Of a stretch of 64,000 bases of DNA, positions 1 to 12,900 are shown one piece after another. Each line of letters starts with the position of its first letter. The stretch's first letter is position 1. The notes under the pieces are model-generated. The model was not told the origin of the DNA. It made no database searches and was given only the letters and a program-made list of their open reading frames with translations. The stretch is from the NCBI RefSeq assembly GCF_011386835.1, contig NC_088814.1:3534001-3598000 (forward strand), written 5' to 3'. The position numbers and the translations under genes were made by a program. This DNA comes from Chrysemys picta bellii. Its lineage: Eukaryota.

Positions 1-795
1 CCTCACCCCGCGGTGCCCGCTGATGGGGCAGGACCCAGCCCCTGCCCCAGCCCAGCCCAGCCGAGGAGCAGGCAGCAGTGGGAAAGCAGAGACGTGCCCC
101 TTCCCCCCTTTCCCCCCAGGGCTGACACAGCCGCCTCTGCGACCAGGGGCCCAGCTTCAGATCCCTAAACTCAGGGCTGGAATGTGGTGCCTCACGTGGG
201 AGGCTCTGCCCGCTGTCCCATAGGCTGACCTCTCACAGCCATGCCAGAGCTCGCCCGCGTCCTTCCCCACGGCACCGCATTGTGGGCGGGGCTGGGATCG
301 GGGCAGTGCCCAGCAGGGTCGTTCCCTGCATTGGTAAAGGACCTGGCTGCCACTCAAGACCCTGCATGATCTGGGCCCCATCCCCACGCCAGAGAGGGAG
401 GGTATGATGGGGCGGGGGGGCAGGTTGGGGGTGGCTCCTAACCTGCCCCCTGCTCCCACCAGGCACAGGCCGCTGGGCAGCAGCTCCAGCACCCCATCTC
501 CCGCCCCGCTGCACCCTGATTAGCAAGATCCTCCCTAGGGGAGATACCCAGGGACTTTCCTCCCCTCCTCTATCCTCACCCCAAACCCAAGCAGGGCCAC
601 GCTATCCGTGCCAAAGGAGAAGGGGCCTGGCCACGGCTGGGCGGATGGCCCAGGGACTTGGTGGCATCCTCTGCCCCCATCGCATCCAGCCACAGTACCA
701 AAGCCTCCCCCTTCTCCCTCTCACCCGGATCCCCCCCCAGGAGGCTTGCTGGGCACAGACACGCAGCGAGCCCAGCCGCTCAGATCCCCGCTTAC

Positions 796-928
796 CCGTC
801 CAGAAGGTTGCAGGACTCCACGCACTCCTGCCCGCGCAGGAACTGCTCGCAGGCCACGCACTGCGTCGGGCCCGGCCCCCAGCACTGCCCCTTGGCACAG
901 AGGCGGAAGCACACCAGCCCCTCACTCT
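796..928 (-). CDS. ERBB2: ERBB2 coding exon 13 (133 nt), [45 protein letters not shown]
   Basis: cag acceptor at 929-931; GG|GTAAG donor at 795; phase 1 to 2. Confidence 0.95.
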
Positions 929-3900
929 CTGGGGGGAGGATGCCACAGTTAGCACTTGGAACCCAGCCTGTCCCCGCCGTCCCCTGTGGCAGCCAGACCA
1001 AAGGCCTTTCCCGGGGGGAACGCAGCCTCCACCGGGCACAGGCCCGCCGTGGATGTCAGCACGGCATTTGGTGTCAGAGTGACAGCCAGGGACACATGGT
1101 ACCATGTGGCACTGGGGGGCTGTGCACCAGCCAGCAGAGAGCACCCATCGGCACCCATCTAACATGGCAGTGCCACTCAAAGCCCAGGTGAGTTGGGCAT
1201 AGGAGGAGTCCCTGGGTGGGGCAGAGAGCCGGACAGAGCCCTGGCAGAGGCCCCCACCCCTTACCACACTGCTTCACCGGCTTGTTGTCAGTCTGGAACA
1301 GCGTCTGGCGCCGGTTCCTGAAGATGGCTTTCCAGGGCACCTTCTGGAGGAAGCAGAGGTTGGGGTTCTGGTGGACCAGCACCATCCCGCTGCTGATCTC
1401 CTGCAGGGAGCGCAGGCCCAGCGAGACGATGGACAGGTTCTGCAGCGTCAGGGAGTAGGCACCGCTGCAGAGAGACGTCGACAGGCACGGGGTGAGCCAG
1501 GAGGGGTAGGACAACGAAGCAGGAGTCAGAGGGTCCCTGCCAGCCCCACACTCTAGGGGGCTCTGGAACTGGGTCACATCCTCCCATGTGCTCCCTCTGA
1601 ACCACAAACCCTGAGGGTGGCTTTTGTGAGCTGGCCTCTGGGCTGAGATACACCAAGCTCATTCCACATCTGCCAAATCCCAGCCACTGGGTTCGTCTCT
1701 AGGCTTCCATCCTGAAAGGCCCCATCACCACTGCCCTTGGGGAAGATCAGAGGACAGCTGGCTAGTACCACTCCCCCTCCTGTGACCAAGAGAACTGGGC
1801 ACATCCCCAACTGGCTTGCGAGGCCCATCCGTTCTCCGGACCCCGTCCGAGGGCCTGTTCCTCCCCACCCCGCGTCCCTGCCTGTGCACGCTCACTTGTG
1901 AAGCACTCGGCCTCGGATGATCCGGAGGTTCTGGAAGATGCTCAGGTCTGGGAAGGTCTCTGGCCAGGACTCGATGTATAAGAAGCCTGTGAAATGGAGC
2001 AGGAAGGCGCGTCCTTATTCATGCGAGCAGCGGCCTCCCACCAGCTGGTGGTGGGTCGGTCTCCCAAACTCCTCGGTGACTGATAGGTGCAGGGCCCAGG
2101 CCCGCCTCCTATGGCGTGTCCCCCCCAGGCTAAACAAGGTGGCTTAAATTTCCAGGGCAGCAGTGTGTGACCTTTAGCCAAAGCCCCACCCTGGGGGGCT
2201 GCCGAGCCCCATCCAGCGACTTTGCCAGCGAGCGACATGGAAACAGGAGTCGTTGGCACATCACAGATGGAGGCTGCATCCCGCTCTCGGTGGGCACTGG
2301 CAGGAGACGGGGATGAGTGAGCCCGGGCGCTGAGCAGTCCCTCACCCACCTGTCAGCTCCTCCAGGCTCCTAAAGCTCTTGAGCTGCTCCGGCTCCAAGG
2401 GGGCAGTGTTGGTGGCGGGATCCCTGTTGGAGAAGGAACACGGTCGGGGAGGGGGATCCTTAGAGGCGTAAGCCCTTGGGACCACGGACACGGGAGGCGG
2501 TGGCTGCCCTGCGGCCATGCAGTCACAGGGGCTGCCCGGCCTGATGGGCTACAATATCTGCAAGGCCCAGCTGGAGATTTTGGAAGAGTAAACGGACGCT
2601 CCGGGGGGAAGCCCCCGCTCACACCCGCTTCACGCTCCGTGACCCGCTCACGTGCACACTCGCCTCGGGCCTGCACGACTAAGGCCCAAGGGAGGTATCA
2701 GTTTCCAAAAAGGCCCGATCTAGACAGGACTGTAATGGACTGGCTGGTGTGTGCACTGCTGCCCCCTCCTGGAGAGAATCAGAACCATTCAACTGTGTGG
2801 CATAGGCCCTACACTGCTAATGGTGATTCCCCTTTGGCTCATGCATTAAGGGCTTGGGCTTTGGAGCAGAGACTCCCCTAGTGGCCAGATAGCTGAGCAG
2901 GAGTTAGCCAGCTCCTGGTGCCCCCACACAGTGCTCCGACATGCCACACACGCACCTCCTTCACCCAGGACATCTGAGTCCAGAGCTGGGCCCTCCCACC
3001 CACAGAGCCAGTAGCTCCCCCAGGGCGAGCCAGCAGGAGCTGTGCTGAGCTTGCCTGGGCTGGACAACGGCAGCGGAGATGGGGGCACCGGGCACCGCTA
3101 CTCACCCCATGAAGGTCTCGGGCAGGAAGGCCAGGCTGCCAAAGATCTTGGTGCAGTGGGCAAAGTGCTGGATGTTGGAGGCGTTGACGGCTCGGACGCC
3201 CTTCAAGAAATCCACACCCAGCCCGTAGCAGCCTAGGAGAGAGCAGGGCAGGGGCTGAGAGGGAACCCTGGTGTGGAATAACCCTGCGCCGACCACCCAT
3301 GTGCTTCCATTCCACCCATCGAGCCTCAGTACAGAGACACCCTTCCAGCCCCCCAGACCTTCATGCGGCTCCCTCTCCTCAAATCCAGAGAATCCCACAC
3401 TGCCGGATGTGCCTCCCCTGGTCCCTCCGGGAGAGGAGAGGGGCTCCCCAGGGCAGGGCACAGGGGATGGGGGAACGTTACCTTCCGGGCAGGGCTTGCT
3501 GCACTTCTCGCACTTCTGCACGCTGTCCGTGCTCACCTCCTGGTTGTCCTGGGGACACACCAGCGTGCAGGAGCCCACCTCCGTGGCCAGGTAATTGTCT
3601 GTGGGAAGGGGAGACATGGAGCGGAAAGATGGCCCCGTGGTTAGGGCATTAGCCTGTGACTCAGGAGACGTGCCGTCGATTCCCTGCTCTGCCACCGACT
3701 GCCTGTGGGACCTTGGGCAAATCCCTTCACCCCTCTGGGGTTCGGTCTCTCTTCGCCGGGGGGATAAATGGCACCGAGGAGCGGGAGGCACCCAGAGGCT
3801 ACAGTGACGAGATACACGAGTCTGCCCAGCTCACGCAGAGCCCGGGTCCGATCTGGGGGCTTCACTTTGGTCACAACGCTCGGACCCCAGACTCTGACCC

Positions 3901-6900
3901 TGGGTGGGGGGGGGAAATGGCCCCACCCCCACTGCCTGCAGCTAAGGACAAAGCCCCGTTGCTTCAGCTCCCTCCCCATTAACCCCTCGGCTGCTGCATT
4001 CCAACACGAAGGACTTAGTTTGCAATGTGGCTGCCCGGTTAACGGGAATTGCATGGTGTGTGGTGGGGTTTTTGGAGTGTGTGGGGGGAGTGCTATGGGC
4101 CTTGGAGCTCTGGGAGTTTGTGGCCCCCTAGGAGCCAGACCCGACTTTGGGAAGCGCCAGGCAAACGTCAATAGAAGCCCCTCCGACCGTCCTGCCCTGC
4201 CAGCAGGGGGCACTTTGCAAACGGAGCCCTGGGGGGGTTGCCCTGGGGGTCTCTCCACAGGGCTGGGGTGCAAGACCAAAGCCCAGCATACGCAGCTGGC
4301 AGGAAGTGGGACACCCCACAGAGCCCACCCCCCGGGATCTCCCCGGAGGAAGGGGTGCTTACAGGGGCACTTCCTGACACAGCTGGCTCCGAAGGTGTAG
4401 CGCCCGTCCCGGTTGGGCACCGACTGGAAGATGTCCGAGTTGTAGATGAAGAGGGGCGGGCAGTGCAGCTCGCAGATCCCGCTGCGGTTGACGTGCAGGC
4501 AGGCCTGGGGGGGAGCGAGCCAGCCCAGAGAGTGAGCAGCTAGGACACCCCTCCGCACCAATCCCTAACCCTCTCTATGCCAACTCCACCAGCTCCAACC
4601 AACCTCCCCATTCCATCCCCCACGTGAGCCTCTCTGCACCGATCCAGCCATCCCCACCGTGCCTACCCCCTCCATGCCCCCACCTGCCACCCTCCCACTC
4701 CCACCACGCTAACCCCCACCCCAACCCTTGACCCACCCCATCCACTGTGCTGACCCCCTGGCCACGCTCACACCCACTGGCGCTCACCAGGCAGTCCGAG
4801 TGCTTGGGCCCGGTGCAGCCCGCCGCGCACTGCTCATGGCAGCAGTCCGTGGGCTTCGTGCCCTTGCACCTGGGGCACCCGTCGCAGATGCTTTGGGTCA
4901 CTGGGGCAGAGAGAGAAGTGGGGAGGAACCATGAGGACCTGGAGGTTTGGCTATGGCCGCGTGACAGGCTCTTGGCATCTGGGGAGCTCTGCTGGGAACT
5001 CTCGGAGCCAGGAACCCAGATGGCCACAGCAAACAACTGCCCCCACCCCAGCACGCAGGGGTTTTCCCAGGGCAGGGGCTCTGCGCTTCCTGAAATCTCT
5101 CCTGTTCAATGGATCCATTTCCCCCTCATCCCGCCCCACTCCAATGTCTGTGCCTCCTTTCCCCATCCCCCCAGCCACAGCCTGCGTTTCCCCAACGTGC
5201 ATCTCCACCATCCGCCCAGCCACACCTTTGCCATCCTCCCCCGGCACCTGCCCCACCCCTCGCTCGGGGGGCGGTTAGAAAGCCACACAGTTCTCCTGGG
5301 CACCAACACGCTCGCTTCACCTCCCGGCGACACAGCCGGCACCATAGCACGGTGCCCCCCTCCCCCCCCCCCAGCCAGGCTTTGCAGGGTCCGGGCCCTA
5401 TCTGCATGGAGGGCGAGCTGGCCCCGTGTGCCACTGCAGGTCATGGGCAGAAACCTGAGTCCAGCACTCCCCCCCCGTGCCCGGTGCTCACGTGTCTGGC
5501 AGTACTGCGGCCCTTCCCCCCAGCAGTGCCCTTGGGAACAGAAGCGTCGGCAGTCAGCACCTGGGCAGGATGGAGAGAAGACCGAAGCCGTTAGAGGAGG
5601 CCCGAGACTCTGCCTCGCCCCCCTGCCCATGGAAACCCCCTCCCCAGGCTCCTCGAGCAGCCAGCCGGGGTGGAGGCCCCTGCAGCAGCTGCTATTCCCC
5701 ACCTCCCTCGCTCCACGACTGGCTTGAGGCACCACACCCCTGTCCCCCTTGGACAGGCCAGTCTGGAGCAAAGGACTGTGGGGCAGACGCGGGAGTGGCT
5801 GAGTGTCAAGCCTGGGAGAGTCATAAACCAGTCTATTGGGGTGTGCCAGGCTCGGGGGCGGAGGGGGGGAGGGAGGGCAGGCTTGGTTCCTGAAGGGTGT
5901 AGAGGCTCTGCCCCTTGTACCAGGCCCCACTCCTGGCATCCGGCACAGGACAGTCCCACATCTCCTCTCCAGAGCCGGAGCCCAATGAACTCGCCCGTGG
6001 GCCGGCACTAGATGGGACAGGCCAGATCTGACATCTTGTCAGCCCCGCCAAGGAGGCGGACGGTCCCTCCCTCCCTGGGAGCCGGGTCGCACGCGGAGAG
6101 ACCCCACCCGGGCACGTACACGTCCTCTCCCTGCTGCTGTTGATCTGCTGGTGCTGGGCCAGGTCGTTGTGTTTGTGGAAGATGTCGCCCCACAAGATGG
6201 TCTCCTGGAAACACAGCTGGGGGTTGCCCTCGATGTGCACCCCGCCCTTCAGGATCTCTGGAGTGGGGGGAGAACAGGACAGTAAGCAGAGCAGAAGGGA
6301 CAGCTACGGGCTTCCCACCCGCGCGGCCACTGAGGGAGACTGGGAGACACGGGCCAGCAGATGTCCCAGCCCGGCGATCCCTGGTGCTCCCCCATGACCC
6401 AGCCACGTGACATTCTCCTGGCGGCTGAGGAATCCAGCCCCCAGTCGAGGGGGCCGCAAGCTTATTTGAAATGACATTAGCCAGGCAAAGCGCTGAGGGA
6501 TGCTCAGAAAGGCCTTTGACCTTGACAACTGCATCTGCAGCAGCACGACCGGTGAGGGCAGTCGACCCTCATGCTCCAGGGCATCAGTCAGCTCTAACGG
6601 GGGCCAGGAAGAATCTCCCCCCACCAACCCCAATGCTGGGCTACTGCATCGCTAGGAGCCTTGTGTATCTGGTACTGGCCACGCTCAGAGAAAGGGGGAT
6701 GTGTGACTGGTTGGGCCTACTGGTCTGAACTGGTGTGGCAGGGAGGTCAGGATTACCAGGCACTAGTCTGATCCGGTGCAGTGAGGGGGATGCCGGACCA
6801 CATGGACCAGGGGTCTGATCCGGTGCAGTGAGGGGGATGCCGGACCACATGGACCAGGGGTCTGATCCGGTGCAGTGAGGGGGATGCCAGACCACATGGA

Positions 6901-9900
6901 CCAGGGGTCTGATCCGGTGCAGTGAGGGGGATGCCGGACCACATGGACCAGGGGTCTGATCGGGCACAGCATGGAGGCCTGGATACCAGGCTACGGGGAT
7001 CACTGGTCCAACAAAGTAGAGATATTACACTAGATGGGCCACTGCTTTGCTCTGGCACAGTGGTCCAGTGACAATCAGCTCTTCTAAACAGGTCCCTGGT
7101 GCATCCCCCCTAATTCTGAGTGTTCACTGGGATGAGCCCGGGCCCCCCAATTGGCTCCGGGGCCAGCCTCCCCACCTGTCAGATGCCTCATGCCCAGCTC
7201 CTGCAGCCCCACCGTCCCGGTGGGGTCGGCGTTGGCGAGAACGGCCAGCGCGTATTTCTCCTCGTAGAGCTGGGTGCCCCGGATGATGCGGAGGTTCTCC
7301 AGCTGCACGCGGCTCACTTGGTTCTGCGCAATCAGCACGTAGCCCTGGACCTCCTTGATATCCTAGAGGGGCAGAGAGCAGGGTCAGGGGGAGGCTGGGC
7401 ACCCATCCGGCTGAGGCTGGGCCGTCAGTGGGAGCAGAACCTATGAGCCCTGGAGCTAAACACAGGAGCTGCTACTGCCTGAGCTAACGGGCAACACCCA
7501 CGTCTCTGCCCACAACTACGGGCCAACCTTGGCAGAGCCCACTTCAGGGTCAGCCACTTATCTGGGGTCAGAGCGCCCAGGGGAACGCAGCAAGCACTGG
7601 GAAGATGGAGAAGACTTTCTGTGGGAAGAGCCGGAGATCTACCCATCCCACTGTATGATGTGGAAGGGAGGATGCTGAGCTCAGGGTCAGGGTTCCCCCC
7701 ATCCCCGCCGAGTTGCTCACCTTGAGGAAGGACATGTCGGCGTCTGGCCCCAGGTAGGTGATCTCCAGGTTGCCCTGCACCACCTGGCAGTTCTGGTAGA
7801 GGCGGCTGAGGGTGGCGTAGTGGTTTTCTGGGCTGGAGGGATGCAGCAACTTCATGTCAGTGCCCGTGCAGACTGCAGGGGGGTGGAAAGGAAGAGCCGG
7901 TGAGGCTGGGCAAGGGTGGTGGTCAGAGCTCTGGACGAGGCAGAGACGATGGATGCCATTCAGAGAGATGCTCGGCACCGTTTCTCCAAAGGCTGCTCCA
8001 CCCCAGCTGTGGGCGTTCAGCTAAACGGGGCCCAGCCCCCACCCACCCCTTACTCTGCAGGCATTTCCCCCAGGCACAGAGCTGTGACTGGAGAGCTAGC
8101 AGGCGCTTGGCCCTTCTGCAGGGCAAGAAGGAGGAAGGGGGGCCTGGCCCCTAGTTCTCACGCCTATGGGGCCAGATTTGCAGCGGAGCTCAGATGCCAT
8201 TTAGGCAGCTAAAGAACGGCAGGTTTTCCAAAGGGCTTGCTGAGCTCTGTAGCAAGTCCAGCCATTGTGTGCCTCTGGGCCTCAGTTCCCCACCTGTAAA
8301 ATGGGAGCAACGCGCCTTCCCGGCTGGTCTAGTTAGATCGTAAATTCCTGGGGCTGGGATTCCGTTGGCACATGTGGGAGCAGCACCTGCCACTTCAGCC
8401 CCAATCAGCTACGCCCCCTAGATGCTAGCGTAAATACACAGAAGAAACCCCCAGGGGATTATTACACATCAGTGGCTGCAAGGAAAACACAGGGCCCTGA
8501 ACTCAAGTCTCAACAGGTAAAAGCGCCTGGAGTGGGGTTTTTAAACACAGCCGCCTGCAAATCCCCAGACTTCTCTATTGCCTCCTGAAGCCCCCTTTGG
8601 GCAGACTCTGCCCATCGTAGGCAGGTTCCCTTTATCCATTTCAAAGGTTTCCCATACACCCAACCACTGCTGAGTGGTTGTAAATCAGGCAGCGGCTGTC
8701 TAAAGCCTTGCAGAAACCCCGAGGGAGAGATTACAAAAAAGAAATTTACAAGCAACTCCCACCCCCAAAAAAATCCTTTTGCTAGCATTTGCCAGGGTCA
8801 AGCTGCGTTTAAAGCAGAGATTCGAGAAACAGTTGATGGTGCGTAGGTCTTGTGCCAGGCAGAGAGGAAGGGTCCGATGGGAATCGGTGCAATGGAGCAT
8901 CCGGGCGAAGTGCCGGGTTTATTTTTATCTTGACGTGGTTGGGGCGGATGCAGAGCAGGTTCGAAGTTGCAGGAGGATTGTGAGGAGCGTCGCACAGCCG
9001 TGCGCGGTGCCCGTGTTTGTGACAAACCCTGCTGAACTCTAGAAATCTGACAGAGAGGCAGAGACGCCCACCAGGTTGGCCACTGAGGCTCCGTATCCAA
9101 GCCAAGTTTAAACCCCCTCAGCTGTGGGGACTGTTCAGGATTTCCCCCCCCGCCCCCAACTTCTGGAAGCGTAGTGAGGCTGGCGTTAATACCCTCCGGT
9201 CACGGACTCACTCCCCACACGGTCTGGACGCCGGACGTGTTTAGGAAGTGTCACTTTCCACAGGAAATGCCATGGACTAAAGTAACATCCATTTATCTCG
9301 GGAGGGCTTTCAACAGCTTCCTATGGGCTTCCTGTATGACTTCTCCCCACCACAAGGCAGAACAATGGGGTTTAGCCACAACCCTGTAAATGAGCAATTT
9401 GTTTGGTCCCAGCCCCCGTTCTCAGCCCCCTCACTGCCTCAGATAAAAGCTCCTCTGGGGGAGGCCCCGGTGGGAGGCCAAATGGATTGATGGCTTCTGC
9501 GTGTCAGGACCTCTCACCCCCACCATTGTGATCAGCTAACAAAAGGCTCCTGTCAATTAATTAGACAGAAGCTGTCAACATGGAACTCCAGCAGGGAGAG
9601 TTTTATCTGGATGCCCTCAAAGCGCCTTCCGCACAAAGCCTTCCAACCAGTAAGGAATGCTGGGTGACTCTTCTCCCTCCCTGGGCAGGGGAGTCCCGTC
9701 CGCCCCACTTCACAGAGGGAGAAATTCGGCACTCGCCCCAAGTCACCCAGTCAGCTGGAGAACAGAAACTCAGGAGCCCTGGTTCCCACTCCTGTGTTTT
9801 AGCAAGGAGATCACACGCCCTTCTCAGAGCCAGAAAGCCGGCCTCCGAGTCCTCAGCTCCAACCACTAACACCCCGCCCTTCCCAGGAGTCCTGTCTCAT

Positions 9901-12900
9901 TCCCCCCCCCGTCCCCTTCACCCCAGACCACACTGGTCCGAACAACCTCCCAGGCGAGTCAGACTGAAGTGTTCGGTTCAAAGAACCCTAGTTCCCGTTC
10001 CCCAGCCACGCTGCTTGTCCGCTGGCCTTGCTCTTTTGCTCCTGGCCCTGCGGGGGCTGTCCAGGCAGATGAGTCAGTTTCACTTTCCCAGGCTGGGGCG
10101 GGGTGGGGGGTTTGTTTCTGGGGGGATGTTTCCATGTTGCTGCTTGAATCACTGGTGGGCATGAGCCCTTTGCTCCACTGAGGGTAACTGAGGACAGAGC
10201 ATCTGATGGGCCTCCATGGCTCCTCCCAGGGGCACAGGGAACCACTTGGTTTAGAGCCGTCCCCTCCGACCCCAGAGTATCCATCCCCGGCTCCTGTCAT
10301 GCGCCTTGTTTATATGCCATGGGGTCCCCCCCCCCCAGGATGGTAAGCGGAGGTTAGGATGGGTTGCGCCACACTATTGCTACCCCTCAATCGCAGCTAA
10401 GGGACAGGTGCACATACCCCTGGATTGGCATCAGCTCGGCACCTCTGCGCCACGTTTCCTAAAATCCCGGCTGCCCCAAATGGAACAGTCCTGATTCACA
10501 CAGCCAGCACGGGGTGGGCACCCCGAACCGCTGCGGCCTGGATGCCAGCCAGGTTTCCAAGGGCCCCGGGCATTACGTAACCCAGTTACGCTGGCTTCAA
10601 AGCTCTCGGCTTTACTGTCTCCTCTGGAACGGGGCTGGGGTGGAGCTGGCTGGGGCTGGGCTAGGAAATCAGCCCTGTGAGAGAAGAAACACACAATAAC
10701 ACCAACCCACGCAGCATCTCCACCTCCTTCTGGCTTGGTCTCCAGAGCAGCAGGTGTGACCAAGCGTGTGCACGCGTTCAAACTAAAAGGCCTTAGCAAA
10801 CCGCCTTCCAATTCCGAGTAAGTTCCTATCCTGTGCTCCCTAGAAGAGCCCCCTAGAAGGCAGGGGGGAGAAAGGAAAGAGACAGGGTGACAAACAAGCA
10901 AGCTATTCCGAACAGGCCCGACTATCCAGTCCTCGCGGGTGTTGCGCTGAGCGGAATGTCTGAAGGGACTGGAGAGTGTTACTCCTATGGCACTATACCT
11001 CCAAGGTTAGCGGGTTTGGAGCTAGGTCTTTTGGGGTGAAACAGGCTCCAGAAGAGCCCAGGGTAGGAACCCTGCACCTCGACTTTGTTCCCTGTTCAGA
11101 TCTACACTCCAAACCGGGATAAAAGCACAGCGCTGCTGTGGGGCAGTTGCTCCAGGCGGCTGGAGGTCGTTGGAAAACCAACACGTGATTCTGGCTCTAC
11201 TGGGCTTGCATGACCGGTGGGACTCAGATGGGTGGACAGCAGAGTCCGGTGAGTGGCAGGAGCCTTTGTACAGGATTTCCTGGCTCTACTCACGACTCTG
11301 CGATCGGTGCACCGTGCGATCCCAGTCAAACGAGGAGTCTGGACTCACAAGTGTTTGTGCAAACCTCTTGTTTGCCCCGGAACACACTTATCAGCCCCGT
11401 GAGTTTCCCTTACTGCAGGAGGTTCAGTCAGAGTCAGAACAAGACCATCAAAACCAGCTTGGGGTTCAACAGTGAGACTGGTACATGTATTGGGGTAACG
11501 CCTCAGCCGAGATGAGGGCCCCATCGTGCGAGGTGCTGCACAGACAGAGCAAGAGAAAGTCCCTTCCCCAGAGAGCTCACAGTCTAAAGATAGAACTAAA
11601 CAGCGCCCCCACACCCTGCCAATACAAGGTACCCCGCTTTTGGGGCGGGGTTTCAGATCCTAACTAAATAACTAGCCCCTCTCTCTATTACCAAAACTCA
11701 AACATGGGAAAAACTGGGATCTGGATACAGACTCCAATTCCAAGCCTCTGGCGCAAGGGTCCTGGCCTATTGTTCACACTTGTTCAGGGAGCTGCAGTTC
11801 TATGTAACACAATCCCCGTTGGTGGTTTGTCGGCTGCGGGGATCAGATAAGGGACCGCCGGATCTTAGCTTGAGCGTCTGCCTGCCCAGACACCACTAGA
11901 GGGAGACAGAGCATCACACCGCGTGGGCATGGGTTACACCTACAAGCATAAGATGCGTTGGCATGGGCAGAACGAACGCCAGTCAAGGGTGCTGCATCTA
12001 CAAACCTGACCACACGCCAGTGGGAAGAGAACTCTCACGCTGGCTTTGGTTGCCTCACCCAACATCCCCCTATAGCATTGCCCCTATTGGATCCCCAATG
12101 CGCACCCAGCAAATGAAATACCACTTATACAACACATCTTAGGGCAGGTGATCCAAGACCTCATTTTTCTGATTGGCCAGCAGAAAGGAAGAGCATCGTG
12201 CGCTGCATGTACTGTATTCCCCTCCCACGGTCCCTCCCTGCAGACAGACACCCAGGGAAAGCAATGCCATGATCAGCCATCCGGCAGGGAGAAAAGGCGG
12301 CTGGCTCCCACCAGCTGGGATCGCTGCCACTGGCGCTCTGGCATTTGATCAGATAAGCCTCCTTGGCGGGAAATTGACTCTGCAAGCCTCCTGATAAACA
12401 ATCATTACAGCCATGCTGATGGTTGGTTGGAGTTGGATAATCAAGAGTGGGGCTCGTATGTGGATTGAAACCACCGGGCGCACTGACTCAAACTGAACCC
12501 CCAACTTCCCACGGAAGTTGAAACGCTTTGGGAGGCCGTTGTGTTCGCTCTCCACCTGCTTCCAGGCTGTCTCCAAGCTCGTGCCATTGAAATACTGGGA
12601 GGCAGGAGAGTGTCGCCTGATAGGAACCAAAACTGGTGCAGAATCTGTCCTACCTAGTCTCCACCTGGATTTTGCAGACACAAGCCTGGAGTGTTTGGAG
12701 AAGTATCCAAACTTTGAAGCATTTATCAGAACTTCTGAAGGGCTTCCAAACCTGGTCCGTGAGGGAGGAGGTTGGCAGTAGAATGGTTCCTATGGCCCCT
12801 CTCTTTCCAACACAAGTGCAGATACCTGGGTGAATGCAGACAGGCAGCGGCCGACGTAACTTTAACCCCCTTGCTGCCAGAGTTCTGCTAAATAGCCAGT

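Noticed and set aside
1-795. ERBB2 exon 14 (CHPEC-type motif) expected downstream of exon 13
   Set aside because: No matching peptide with suitable splice sites found by eye; the exon is probably left of base 1.
3641-6008. Long ORFs of 300-326 aa (3641-4561, 4747-5727, 5106-6008)
   Set aside because: Stop-poor GC-rich intron sequence; only the short embedded ERBB2 exons are meaningful.
6766-6961. Regular repeat array resembling a CRISPR array (also 60435-60775 and 63171-63408)
   Set aside because: Units are contiguous with no unique spacers, no cas genes are present, and the DNA is vertebrate intron or promoter sequence.
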